DNA of 64,000 bases from Cycas panzhihuaensis (lineage: Eukaryota > Plantae > Cycadophyta): contig CM041465.1 of assembly GCA_023213395.1 (NCBI GenBank), forward strand, positions 137,957,741 through 138,021,740, given 5' to 3'. Of the stretch, positions 39,755 to 52,800 are shown piece by piece (position 1 is the first letter of the stretch; each line of letters starts with the position of its first letter). The notes under the pieces are model-generated. The model was not told the origin of the DNA. It did no database searches and was given only the letters and a program-made list of their open reading frames with translations. The position numbers and the translations under genes are program-made.

Positions 39755-41385
39755 ATTATATAACCACTAGTGGTTGGCAGAACTCTTGAGAATGTACTCT
39801 TTGTTAGTAAGAAGCAGATGTTAATGCTCATAATTAAAATGTGTATGTAGGTCACTTGGGGCTACTAATAGAAATAAAGGCCTAATGCCTCTTCGATGAG
39901 ATCCATTTTCTAAATGGCTAATTTGCCTATTTAAGGCCCTATGGATATGAAAGAAGATTAGTTTATGAATGTGAAATTACTATTGCCCTTTAGTATGATC
40001 TTTTGATATTTATTTTAGTGTTTATTTATACTCTTTTTCTATGTTCTATTTTCTATTTATATATAAAGACAGACTAAGAGAACTATATTAAGTAGTATCA
40101 TAGCTCAGTTATATAATAAATGGGAACTATAGAATAGGTAAAAATCAAGGAAATTTTTTCCCTCCAATATGATTAAGTACTTTCTTTACACAAGTAGAGA
40201 TTGAGAAAAGATCACCTCTCAGTACTCTCTCTATAGGGATATTGAGGAATAAAATCTGTGGCATTCAAGACTTATAAAGAAAAGGAAATTTTATTTCCCC
40301 TTAGTAATGCTCAACACCTTTTCTTTGAATTTGATTTAGTTCAGTTCAATTTTATTTCAATTACACTACTTGTATTGTTAGTCCAAGGGTAGATAACTCC
40401 ACTTAGTAGCTATCCTTTTCCCTTTTGATCCTCATTCCTAGGTAGATAACTTTGTGTAGCAACTACTTAAAGTTGTTAGATAGAGACCCTATACTAACGG
40501 TCTATAAAAATCATAATGATCTTTCATTCTGGCTAAGCATAATGTGAATTTTCTGCCCCTTACATGAAGGACTAGAGATAACGCTTCTGAACTAAGCCCT
40601 ATAGACAAAACTTGTCTATAGAATTGAGCCTCCACATACCTTTGGGCATAGAGGAGGACCCCTTTAGGTCTTGAATCCTTCTTAATGTAGACAACTTATT
40701 GGTCACTAAAGTCTTGTAGTATATTAGTTGGCGATTAGTGCCATGAAGCTACCTGTTCTTACATTCTACATAAAAAGTTTATTAATATGCTTATAAGACC
40801 AAGTACACCTTTTCTAGTGGTTGGTAGGATACCTTGTTACTACTCACATCATGCTTACAATATTCTACTTCTTACTTAAGATCTAGATACACAGGATAAT
40901 AGACCTTTAATTGATAACTTCACATGCTAAACATAACCATATAAGTAATAATCTATCAATAACAATTCTAGTTCACAAAGAAAAAATAACTACCAATAGT
41001 TAGATTTATTAAAAAAATGTAATTTCCTACTCTACTGAGAATTCTAATTTTTAAAATACTTCCTAGATTAAAAAACAACTAACACAGTTAGATTTAGGTT
41101 TTTATTAAAAAAAATTGTCTATAATATGAAAATACCTAGGGTATTATGTCATGCTGATCATTTTTCATTAGGGTAGTTTTAACTTAAAATTTTAGGGTAT
41201 AATGATATATAGGCATCTATGGGACCCATTGCCCAAAAATTTCACTTAAGACCCACCTATCCTACTTGAACGAGCTTCTCATGCTTGTTTTGGTATACTA
41301 GGTAAATCTATTATACTTTTAGGGTCAATAGGCTATAAACACCTTACAACTGCACCCCCCACTTATCATTCCCTCACTTAACTCC
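39755..41385 (+). mobile_element. LTR plus long 5' leader of a relative of the 20233 element, truncated
   Basis: Starts TATTATATAACCACT; similar to 20233-20430, 20870-21050 and 21785-21985; decayed tRNA-Met PBS (TAGTATCATAGC) near 40093. Confidence 0.65.
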
Positions 41386-41394
41386 TAACCTCTT

Positions 41395-44300
41395 TAGTAG
41401 TCCACCCCATGGATGACCACGCTTCAAGAAGACGAGGGGAGAGGAGTAGAAGGAGTAGTGGGACCTTAGCAGTCAACCCACCATTAGATATACCCAAGGG
41501 ATTTTTTAGAAGAGTCAGAAGGGGTCCTCTTGTGAGAAATAATAAGAAGCTCCCTTACTTCATCGCCTACAGAGAGCAACAAAGTGGAAGATAGAGTGAT
41601 ATGGGGGATTGCATGATTGGTAGGAGCGATGATATGTGATCCAAGAGGAAAGTTGATCTCCCTAATAGGAGAAAGTTCAAGTCTGGACCTGGAACGAATA
41701 GAGTGCCTCCTACTTGTATTTAGGAGGGATATGGGATGAGGAAGGTCCTCATCCTCACCATTGGATTCGTCATCACTAAGCATGGCGAGATACCCATAGC
41801 TCCCTACGCCAATAGAGACAAAGTATATGAGATTTAAGGAAGAAGAGGAGGGACCTTCTCCCAAGCTAGATGAGCCAAGAATATTGATAGAACAAGCGGA
41901 ACTATGGGCAAATAGATCCTTATCGCCCTTTGCCTTATCCCAAGCTGCTTGATGAGGTTAGCGGGTTTGTTTGGTGGGAGGAGGCTCTCGAGAGATAACC
42001 TTCATTTGCCCTTCATGGACGAATTTAAGTTGTCCCCAATGAGATGAGCACACAACTCCCATTTGGTCGAGCCATGGGTGTCCCAACAAAAGGTTGTAGT
42101 TGACGTCGACATCGAGAACTATAATGTCAATTAGGACTGTTTTGTCCTTGAGGGTGAGTGGAATGGACATTGATCCTAAGGGTGTCGTTTTGCTACCATT
42201 GTAGCCTTGACACTGCCATGGAACTGGCTCTAGAGCTGATATGCCAAGCTCTTGCATGATGCGCAAGGGCATAACATTGATGGAAGAACCATTGTCCACA
42301 ATGGTTCTTCGAAGAGTGCAGTTGGGAGTATCAATAGTTATGGTGAAGGGATAGTGCCATTGGCATTCCCTTTCATCAGTTGGAGGAAGATCCTTGGGGT
42401 CGAAGGAGATGGCAGTTTCGTGGCTTAGAGCAGTGCCTAAAGCATGAATGGACATGTCACCCAATCCCAAGGCTTCTAAGAGAACTTACACTATTCAGGA
42501 TAACTCCTTAAGACGTCCATTATGAACATCCTCGTGGCCATAGTGTGAAGCTCGTTGACAACAAAGAAGCACTTCCCCTTCATGGTAGGTTGGGGAAGGG
42601 CCCTTCAAAAGTCGCAATGATCGAGGCACACAGGATTAGTCTTGGGGAGCGCAGGGACTTCCAGAGGAGGGATTTTTAGAAGGGAATCAAGGTGAGGTAT
42701 GGAAGAAGAGGCGTTGTTCGCCTCTTTAGCTGCTTGAGACTGGGTTAAGGCGTATAATGGCGTGGTCTCGAGCATCAAAATGACTCTCTTTGCCTTGTCT
42801 CAGGATCAAGAGGATGAAGGAGTGTGACAATCGAGGGAACCATAAGGAGAGGACAAATCCCTTGTACCCTTCCCTTTGGCTTGCAAAGGGCAAGGGTTTA
42901 GGGACCTCCCTCTATTTTGGTTACCCTTTTGTTGGTTATTGTGATCACGTTTCCATGTTTAGGGAAAAGATCCTTATAAATGGGCTAGTCTAGGTTTGGC
43001 CTAAATGCCTGTTTGGGAGAAGAATCACATTGCGGGGTGGCTCTAGGGTGCTGGGCCTGGCATTATGAATCTTCGTAGAAATACTCTCCATGGATGGAAC
43101 ACAATTTCTTTTCTAGGGAGGAATCAAGCTTTCTCGTTTACGAAGATTAGGTGTTACCCTTGAGGGGAGTAGCTTGAGAGGCCTAGTGAACTGGTTTATG
43201 AGAGGTGGGAGATGAAGAGGCTTGGAGTTTAAGCTCCTTCATGGTACGTTCGAATGAGCATATAATGGAGGTGAGAGGATCCAAGGTCTTCTCTATTGGA
43301 TGGGAATAAGACCTGGCAGGCTATTGGACTTTAGTCTCACAGAGTGGTGGAGGTGCCTCACGTCGTTGTGAGGGCTTGAGAGGCTTCTTGAGACCCGCTT
43401 GGATCTCAATAGCCTTGAGCGCCAAGCACTTGGCTATGGTGGAGTCGCACGTTATTGCCCCCATTTTAAGGACTTCGACGTAGACTTCTAGGCGAAGGGT
43501 GTTGATAAAGAGCTCTTGCTTCAACTCCTCAGGTAAGGTTGCCTTAGTGGAGTGAAGCAGGTCATGGAAGCATCTCACAAAGTCATGATTCATCTCATCA
43601 TGACCTTGTTTAAGAGATAGAAGGGCTTTCATTCAGCTCTGGAAAGGATGAGCTATGTCAAAATAATTGACGAATTCATCCACGAGTTGTTGGAATGAAA
43701 AGATAGAATGTGCTGGCAGGTGATAGAACCACTTAAGGGCATTGCCTTGAAGAGATTGTGGGAAGAGTTTCATAAAGATATGGTCATAAGCCCAATAATC
43801 GATACATGCCATAGAAAAGCTATGGACATGCTCTGTTAGGTCTTGCGATGAGGTTCCATCAAATTTGGGAACCTTGAGAGGGTGAGGCGGTAAGTTGGTC
43901 CTTAGCACCTCAATAGATAGGGGTGTCGATCTATAGTCCATAAAGGGGCGTGCCCTTGACTGGACCATAGGATCGATGAGAGATGGAAGAGGAGGTAGAC
44001 AAGGTTGCCTAAATCCTCCTTGAAGAATTTGATTCAAAAGGGGATATTGGCCTCCTTCGGTTTGATGAGAAGACACTAGTCCCATATTCGAAGGAATATA
44101 CATAGGAGCAGATGGGGGTGAAGGACCCATCCCTCCTTGAGGAAATACCCCTTGTTGGAAAGGAGCCTGAGAGAAGGTACCTTAGGAGAGAACTTTCCCT
44201 CCTTGCAAAGGTGCAACATGAGGTGTGACATGGGAGGATGGAAAAGAGGGATGTAGAATTGGGGTTTTGCCTATATGGGCCGCCTGTGGGTAGCGTGACC

Positions 44301-44750
44301 CTATATGTGTGCAAAGGGTCCACCCCATAAGCTGAAAGGGAGCTTCCCTTGCTGTGCTCCTACGGTTGAGAGATGTAACCTGGGGGCACGTAAAGGGAGG
44401 GATCCCTAGGTTGAACTTGGGAGTGTGTGGGGACGGCCCCCACATGCCTAGAAGTAGGGGTGCATGCAGGTCCCTTAGATCCAATAGGTGGTGGATATAC
44501 TATAATCGGCAGAGGTGTAGTCGTTTGACTAGAAGGGGGCATGCTCAACCCAAGTTGAGAAGAGGATATGCCTTGGGTGGTCCTCAAGGATCATGGACTA
44601 TGAGGAGAGGAAGATGAGGCAAAAGATAAACCCATCGTAGGTAGAGGAGTTAAACGGGATGGACAAGGTAAGGCAGATGTAGAGGAAGGAGGCGCAACGC
44701 TTCACAAGATGCTCTCAAACCACTTGGGATGTGGTTGGAGGCGAGGACCA
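41395..44750 (-). mobile_element. Tat copy 3: gag-protease fragment without LTRs
   Basis: RRTIVDNGSSINVMP...LLGHPWLDQMG; VPKFDGTSSQD...ALKWFYHLP; colinear with about 35070-38010. Confidence 0.9.
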
Positions 44751-45139
44751 ACCACATAGTGTATATAATCACATCCATTCAATGGGATGGATGTGAGAAC
44801 CAAGTTAGTGAATTCCAACGGTTCCTAATCCTGCATCATGACCCGTAATCGAATGGACCTTATATGATGTAATTTTAACTATTGTCTAATGAAATAAAAA
44901 GAGTTATGTGAATAATTGTGTGTACTTATTATGGAATACATGTGAATTGTGGACTTATATGGATGATTAACTAAAGAATATGTATGTTGACCACCTGCAC
45001 ACACCCTAGACTATAGTGGAAAAGCCTTGACAAGTGAAGAACTGCAGTAGGAAGTAGATTTCTTAGTCAACGCTTATACTAAACATGTCTATTGTAATTG
45101 AGTGAGCTGACAGAAGTAATATGTATTCCAAGTGTTCTC

Positions 45140-46330
45140 GTATTGCTCTATGAGGTTTGTTTTTAGGGAATGTTAATTGTTGCCCATTGCCTTCTTGCAT
45201 GTTCTTTTCTACCAATGGAACCACTGAAGTTCCTTATCACATAAAGGGAGAGATGCTATTAAGACTTGCTCTTGATCGTGTAGGGTGTATGCTTGGAAGT
45301 AGATTTCCACCTGGAGTATCCAACTGTGAATATCTCTTGATTTGTTAGGACCATTTAAGAAAAAAAAAAAATTGTCCCTTTGATGCCATTTTTTGGTTCA
45401 AAATCCCTTTGATTTCTTTGCTAGTGGTCCCTTTGGTTCTTTTGTTCATAGAATTCTTCTTCAAACTCCCAACAATCTTTGTGTTTCTGAGATTTATCTT
45501 GTCTTCAAGTTTCTCCTTCTTCTTTAATCTTGTCCAACCTCTTGCTTATGTTGTTTAGTGAATTCTTGAGGTCAGTTAGGGTTCCTTCTAAATGTGTGTC
45601 CATGCTTTATATCTTATCATTCAGTTGGTTGACCCTTTTATCTATGTCTCCTATTGTTACTAACAGGGTATTCACCATCTTGTTTTGTTAAAGAGTCCTT
45701 CCTGACCTTAGTTCAATTTGAAAGGAAGTTGGGTAAGGAAAGAAAAGGAGGATAGCATTTCCTTATTTTCACTTTGACTTCCTTTATTATAATAAAGTTG
45801 AATCTCCTTCATAATGGCTTCTAACGAACCTCTAATACCGCTTATAGCAATGCCATAAACCAAATTTATCGAAAACTAGGAAAATAGTGTGTAATATACA
45901 TAAAGAATGCAAGCCATCTAATATTTGATATCACACAAGAGAGTACTTAACTAGAATAGATAAATTAAGCTTTTAATATCAATTTTGAATATAATAAATG
46001 CTATGTACATCTTACAGAAAAAATCACCAGATTCTATCTTTCTCTTCAAGGCAAGGTTCCCTCCCAAATTGCAGCCCTAAAGGCCAAAAATGCAACAACC
46101 ACTATTCACTTTGGATGCCCTAGGAAGAGGCCCAAGATCCTTATAAATAGGTGGCACAAATGGTGTTAAGTAACTCGGCCAAAAGGAGGATGGAAGTAAG
46201 CTAGAATAATCATTCAAAGTTGGTTAGAATACATTTTGAAGTTGGCCAGAAAATAAGGTAATTCATACTCACTTTAAGTCGGACAAACAACTCTTTAGAA
46301 GTTGACTAGATAGGAGGAAAGAAATGCTAC
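45140..46330 (-). mobile_element. 5' fragment of an LTR element (LTR-like segment, decayed Met PBS, start of gag)
   Basis: Minus-strand CGGTATTAGAGG at about 45829-45840; IELRSGR followed by a coiled-coil-like frame; weak similarity to the LTR at 49360. Confidence 0.4.
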
Positions 46331-46689
46331 ATAGGTCTTCATTATATCCATAGCCTCTCATCATTCGCTAATGAGCTTATATAGAGTGAAACATGTTCTA
46401 ATTACACAATATACAATTTGAGTTGTTAATGGAAGACTCTTTTGCAATGTTCTATTAAATCTCTTTTGAATCTCTTGTGTGCTTTATTGCATCTACTGTT
46501 TGCTTACTTTATTAAATATTTTGCTTGCACTTTTCCTCTAAGTAATATGTATTGCTCATTATATCTTCCTCTCCTAAACAAGATGTTCTATTTGAGTCTA
46601 AGCTATCATAAACTAACACAACAAGATCTTTCAAGACATTCCAAAAGGGCACTAGAGTTAATGAGCATGCAATACAGTTAATACTAGGA

Positions 46690-49600
46690 GTTGCACTAGT
46701 CAACATCTAACCTTACAGACACCCACACCACTTCAAGAAGGAAATACAACAAATCGCCAAGAATTTGTTACAACAAGGAGCTATTGTGGCCAATTCCAGT
46801 TCTTTTCTATCACCAGTTATTTTGATCAAAAAGAAGGATGGGTCACATCGGATGTGTGCTCGCTATCTTGCTCTCAACAAGTTAACAATCAAGAATAGGT
46901 GTCCAATGCTATGGATTGACGTTTTGTGAGATGAACTACATGGTGCTAAGAACATCTCTAGGATTGATCTTGCTTCAAAGACATGCATAAAACAACTTTA
47001 TAGACACATCAAGGCTTATTTGAGTTTTGGGTGATACCATTTGGGTCAAGTTAATGAATCAATAACATTCCAATGCACCATGAACATGGTGGTTAAACCA
47101 TTTATCAAGAAACTTGCCCTACTATTCTTCAATGACATTTTGATTTATAGCCAAACATTAGACAAATACTTGGAGCATTTGTAGGAAGTTTTGCAAGTCT
47201 TGGAAGAAAACCAATTCTTCACAAATAAATCCAAATCCACCTTTGGACAAATAGAACTAGAATATTTGGGGCATATCATCACCCAAGACAGAGTAAAGAA
47301 GGATCCTAAAAAAAGTCCAAGCCATCGTGAATTTGCCCACGTCAAATAATATCGCAAGTGCCAGATATTTTTTGGGGGCAGTTGGATTTTTGTGACACTT
47401 CATAAAAGGATATGCAATCATAATAACACCATTAACGAGCCTCACAAAGAAGGGAGCTTTCATATGGCACCAACCAGTAGAACAAGCTTTCCAAGGATTG
47501 AAGAATGCCATGCTCACTACCTGCTTTAGCTACACAAGACGTAAGAGAACCGTTTGTTTTGGAATGTGATGCTTAAGGAGTTGGATTAGAAGCAATTTTG
47601 CTTTAGAACAAGCAACCCATAGCTTACGAAAGTCAGACACTAAATTCAAGAAAACAACTAAAACATATTTACAACAAGGAAATGCTTACAATTATGCATG
47701 CCATCCACCAATGGCAACAATACTTAGTAAGGAGCAAATTCTTCGTTAAGACTGATCATGACAGACTTAAGTATTTCTTGAATCAAAGGTTTTATCAAAC
47801 AAGTAACAAAAATGGGTAAGCAAATTGCAAGCTTTCAACTTTAGTATCATCTACAAGAAAGGGAAAGAGAATGTGGTGGTAGATCCACTAACTAGGAATC
47901 CAAAGCAACCCACCCTTTGGGCAATTTCAATGGCCACACATAGTTGGACACACGAGTTGGTACAAGAATACTAGAAAGATCGAGGGCACAACATATACTC
48001 TAAAAAATCCAAGCAAGAACACAAACAAAATACAGATTATGGACTGATTTAATTTTGCATAGGGGGAAGATCTTTGTCCCTCATACATCAACACTCGAGG
48101 AGAAGTTCATTCAAGAAGTTCATGTGACACCATTATTAAGGCATAGGGATCAACAAAATGTATTTCCAAGTCCATAATATATTTTTCTCGAAAAGTTTGA
48201 AAGTAGATGTCTACAAGTTTGTATTAGAATGCAGCACTTGTCAAAGAACAATAGCAAAAATATTAGAATTCTAAGATCACTTTACCCGTTACATATACTA
48301 GAACAAAAATGGGAGGAAATATCAATGGATTTTATAATAAGTCTATTGAGATAAGGAAGTAAGGACTTGTTATTTATAGTAGTGGATCAATTGGCTAAGT
48401 ATACACACTTTAGAGGTACTTAGTCCATAGTTAAGGCTAGTCAGATTGTCAATCTATTTATTAAAGGATTTTGTAGACTACAGGGTTTTCCCAAAGTGAT
48501 AGTAAGTGATCTAATCTAAAATTCATGAACAACTTTTGACATGAGATGTTCCACCAGGGAGGTACTAAGCTCACAATGAGCATAGCCTATCATCCACAAA
48601 TAGAAGCAGTGAATAAATGTTTGGAAGGCTATCTTCAGAACTTTTCACCTAATAAGTAACAACATTAGCATAAGTGGTTATATCCAACTGAATGGTGGTA
48701 CAATACCACCTATCACACCTTGGTCAAGATGACTCTTTTAGGCATTATATGGTTATAAACCCCTATCTCTCCTCCCATGGGCCAATAACTCCTTGTACTT
48801 GTTGTATAGGACCAACAACAATAGTTGGCTCAGATAGTACAAATTTTGAAGGAGTATTTCAACTTAGCAAGGAACCATATGCAATAAAAAGTTGATTTGC
48901 ATAGATTAGAAAGGCTGTTTGACAAAGGAGGTGGGTTTTTTTTAATGCTTCAACTATATAAATAATTTACGCTAAAGCAGGCAAGGAGGTTTAAATTGTG
49001 GCCACAATTTTATGGGCCTTATTAGATCTTGGAGAACGTACAAGAGGTAGTCTACCAACTTGATCTACTACTTAACAACAAAGTGCACAATGTATTGCAC
49101 GTCTCTTGTGACAATACTTCCCATGATAATCAAGACAATACTTCCCATATTAGACGAAGAAGGATAGTTTACTATAGAACCTGAAGCCATTATCCATATT
49201 CAAACTAAGCAGCTTTGCTCTAAGAAGATTTGTGAGTATTTGATTAGGTGGAAAGGACTCAACAAGGAAGATGCCACGTGGGAATCTGAAGCATGGTGCC
49301 AACAACATTCTCACATTTCCATGTTTTGAAGGCAAAATATGTTTTCAACAGGGAGAACTTATAACATTTCTTTTGAATGCATAACTAGGCTCTACTCTTA
49401 ATACTTTGTTCTTTATTTTTCTCTCTTAATTTTGGTTGGATGCCTTTCTCAAAACCAACTTCTATTTTTAAATTTTACTTCACCTGTATATGGGGCATCC
49501 TATCCCTATTGTAAGGCATCATTAGAAGATTATCCAATTTGCTATTTTCGGCCCTACCTGCGATTTGTTTTGGGAGGACACCCCATGTTAAAAAGGGGAC

Positions 49601-49739
49601 GTATTGTGGTGTTCAATAATTGTAAGTTTTTGACATTTTATAAATAATATTGAACTGTTATTATTGTCTTTGTGATTAGTATTTTTAATTAATCTTTGAG
49701 ATTTGGTTATTTTACTTTAGCAATTGTCATCATATCACA
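46690..49739 (+). mobile_element. 5'-truncated chromovirus-type gypsy (RT, RNase H, integrase, chromodomain, 3' LTR)
   Basis: PYRHP; KKKDGSHRMC; FFNDILIYS; LECDA; KTDH; WEEISMDF; FYGPY; EYLIRWKGLNKEDATWE. Purine tract at about 49346-49357; LTR about 49360-49739. Confidence 0.88.
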
Positions 49740-49859
49740 TGGTATATTTGGATTTGCTTTGCTAAATAGCATAGATCCGTGTTTTCAATTGCTTTTCATG
49801 TGAATGCCCACTATGATTCCTATAGATTGCCTTTGTGTTAAAGAGTTTGCCCTAGTCAT

Positions 49860-52800
49860 ATGAGAAGTTTGTCATAGTTTGACAATAATGAGAAACTCAA
49901 GACAATCACTTTTAATGAACTTGAGGGTTTGCTATTACAACAAGAGTAGTTGTTGAAAGAAAGTAATAAAGGCAAAACATTTGGTGCATATGCAATAAAG
50001 TACAAAGGGCATAAGCTCTTTATTTAGAAGAAGAATGTTGCTCCCAAGGAACATAATGCTTAGAAGAAGGGTCTTAAGTTCTTTAAAGGGCTAGGTAAAT
50101 CAAGAGTATGTTATTACTGTGATAGACCTAGGCACTTTAGAAAAGACCGTAGAAAGTTGTAATATGATTAATAGAAATAGTATGATTAGTTGAAATAGCA
50201 AAAGAAACAACGGTTTGGTTCTTTTTTTGGTCATTCTTCAAGTAAGGATGAAAAGGAATGACTCTTCATACCAATTTAATAGTTGAGGTATAATTTTGAT
50301 GAAGCTTGTTATATTGATTCAAGTGTTGCTATACACATGGCATACAAGTTAGAATGGTTTAGACACGTGTGGGAGGCTAAAAGTCAATTTGTTATACTTG
50401 GTGACGACTCCATACTACAAGCTGAAGGAATTGGCTTGGTCTTTATAATTACACCAAGTGGTGAGAGTACTTACATCAATGACATTTTGTGTGTACCTAG
50501 ACTAATGAAGGATATGATCTTTATTAGTCAAATTAAGAAAAATAACATGAGTGTTCATTTTGAACATGGCAAATATATAATCAAAGATAGTAATGGAAAA
50601 GTCGTAGCAATAGGTATAGAAGAAGATGGCCTTTATAAGTCGAAAGGCAGAAATGTGAATCAAAGAGCATTTACTACTAATATAACTCAGAAGAATCATT
50701 CACGGCTTAGATGCATGGGACATTTGAATTAGTCTTGTATTTGGTTGATGCTTAAATTGAATATGGTACATGGCTTACCAAGACTTGAAATTGAAAATTA
50801 TCTATGTGAACCATGTATAATGATCAACATCAAGAGAAATTTGAAAGAGGTAAAGCCTTAAGAGCAAAAGAGAAATTGGACTTATATCCACTATGATATT
50901 TGTTGACTGTTAGATTGGTTAAGTGTTAACCACATACTTACATTAATGTAAATGTGGTTAATTAGTGAGTTGATTAGTTGAATGGCCACGATTAACGAAG
51001 AGTTGCATCTCTTTAGATGGACGTACCATACAAGTTTGTATATATATACCAACCCTTAGATTGGATGTATCATCTCATTATAGTGCAATCAACGTAACGA
51101 TTGATTTGGCTTAGTGGGCTTTTTCCTGAAACGGTTTTTCGACATAAATCTAGTGTACTATTCTTTGTTGTTTGATGCTTGTTACGTATGTTGAAGATTT
51201 GGATGTATGTTGTGCATGTTAAACCATTCACAATCTTAACATGGTATCAGTGCAAGCATCAAACAATAAAGAATAGTACATAGGATATACCTAGGGAAAC
51301 TCTTTTGGAAAATACTGCCTTCGCTTGGAGATTTCTAATTGAAGCCTAATTCCTTACATTTCCATTAAAGGGGATGCTAGAGTGGTTAAGTGTTAACCAT
51401 ATAGTTAATTAATGTAAATATGGTTAATTAATGAGTTGATTAGTTAAATAGCCATGATTAACGAAGAGTCGCATTTCTTTATATGGATGTACCATATGGG
51501 TTTATATATATTCCAAGCCCTAGGTTGGACTGTAATGAATGTAATGATTGATTTGGCTTGGTGGGTTTCTTTCTCAAGAGGGTTTTTCTACATATATTCA
51601 GTGTATCATTCTTTGTTATTTGATGCTTGTTGTGTATGCTAAAGATCTGGATGTATGTTGTGCATGTTAAACCATTTACAATCTTGGCATGAACTAATAC
51701 TAACAAGATCACTTGGAGGTGCAAAATAACTTTTTACCTTGATGCTTTCTCGAGGAAAGCATGGGTTTATTCCATAATGAGAAGTCACATGCCTTTGATA
51801 TTTTCAAAGAATTTAAAGAGAAGGCTAAAAATAAAAGTGCACTGGTTGAAAATCCTTAGATCTAATAATAGTGGTGAATACACCTCTAAAGAATTTGATC
51901 AATGTTGTAAGAATCATGGAATCAAAAAGTAGTTCACAACTATATATACACCATAGTAAAATAAAATGACAGGAAGGATGAATATGACTCTTATTGAAAA
52001 TGCCAAGTTAATATTGAATGCCAAGAGTTTACTAGATTCGACAAGAGCTATGATGCAACAATTTACTTGACGAACAAGAGTCCTATAAAGGTTGTTAGGA
52101 ATGTGATGCTTGAGGAGGCTTGGATAGACAGAAAGCCTACAATGAGCCCTCGTAGAATCTTTGAGTGTATAGGATGCATACACATTCCAAAGGAGAAACA
52201 ATAAAAATTTGATTAAGAAAATTTAAATTGCATTTTCGTTTGGTATAATGAGATGGGCAAAACTTATTGAGTGTACAGGTGAAAAATCAAAATGGTGCAC
52301 ACAACTTGTGACGCCATATTTGAAGAAAGTGACAAGGAGAAAACCCTAGGTTCATTGCAAGTTAGGCAGGAGAAAGGAAAATAAATCAAGAAACAACTAT
52401 AATCAAGTTTTTTTAGAGAATTTGTCAGGTCGAAATCGTAACCGATCAATGCATTAGTTGATACTATTGATGAAGAGGAGGGATTTGAGGATGTTAAATC
52501 TGAAATCATTTTGCCATCAAAGAGGTTGCTCAAATGGTATCTGAAAATAATTGTTGATGCATAGTCACTTGAGACACAAGGTAAGTAAAAATCCAAGATG
52601 AGACCTATATAAGGGTCAATTATGCTCTTATGACATAGGTGCTTAATGCAAAAAAGGCTTCCACTTTTAAGGGGGCAAATTCAGAGAAAAAGTGGAAAGA
52701 TGTTATAGATGTTGAAATCTGAGCAGTGAGCAAGAATAAAACTTGGGATTTAGTATAATTTCTCAAAGGAAAATGTGCAATTGGATGTAGACGGGTTTAT

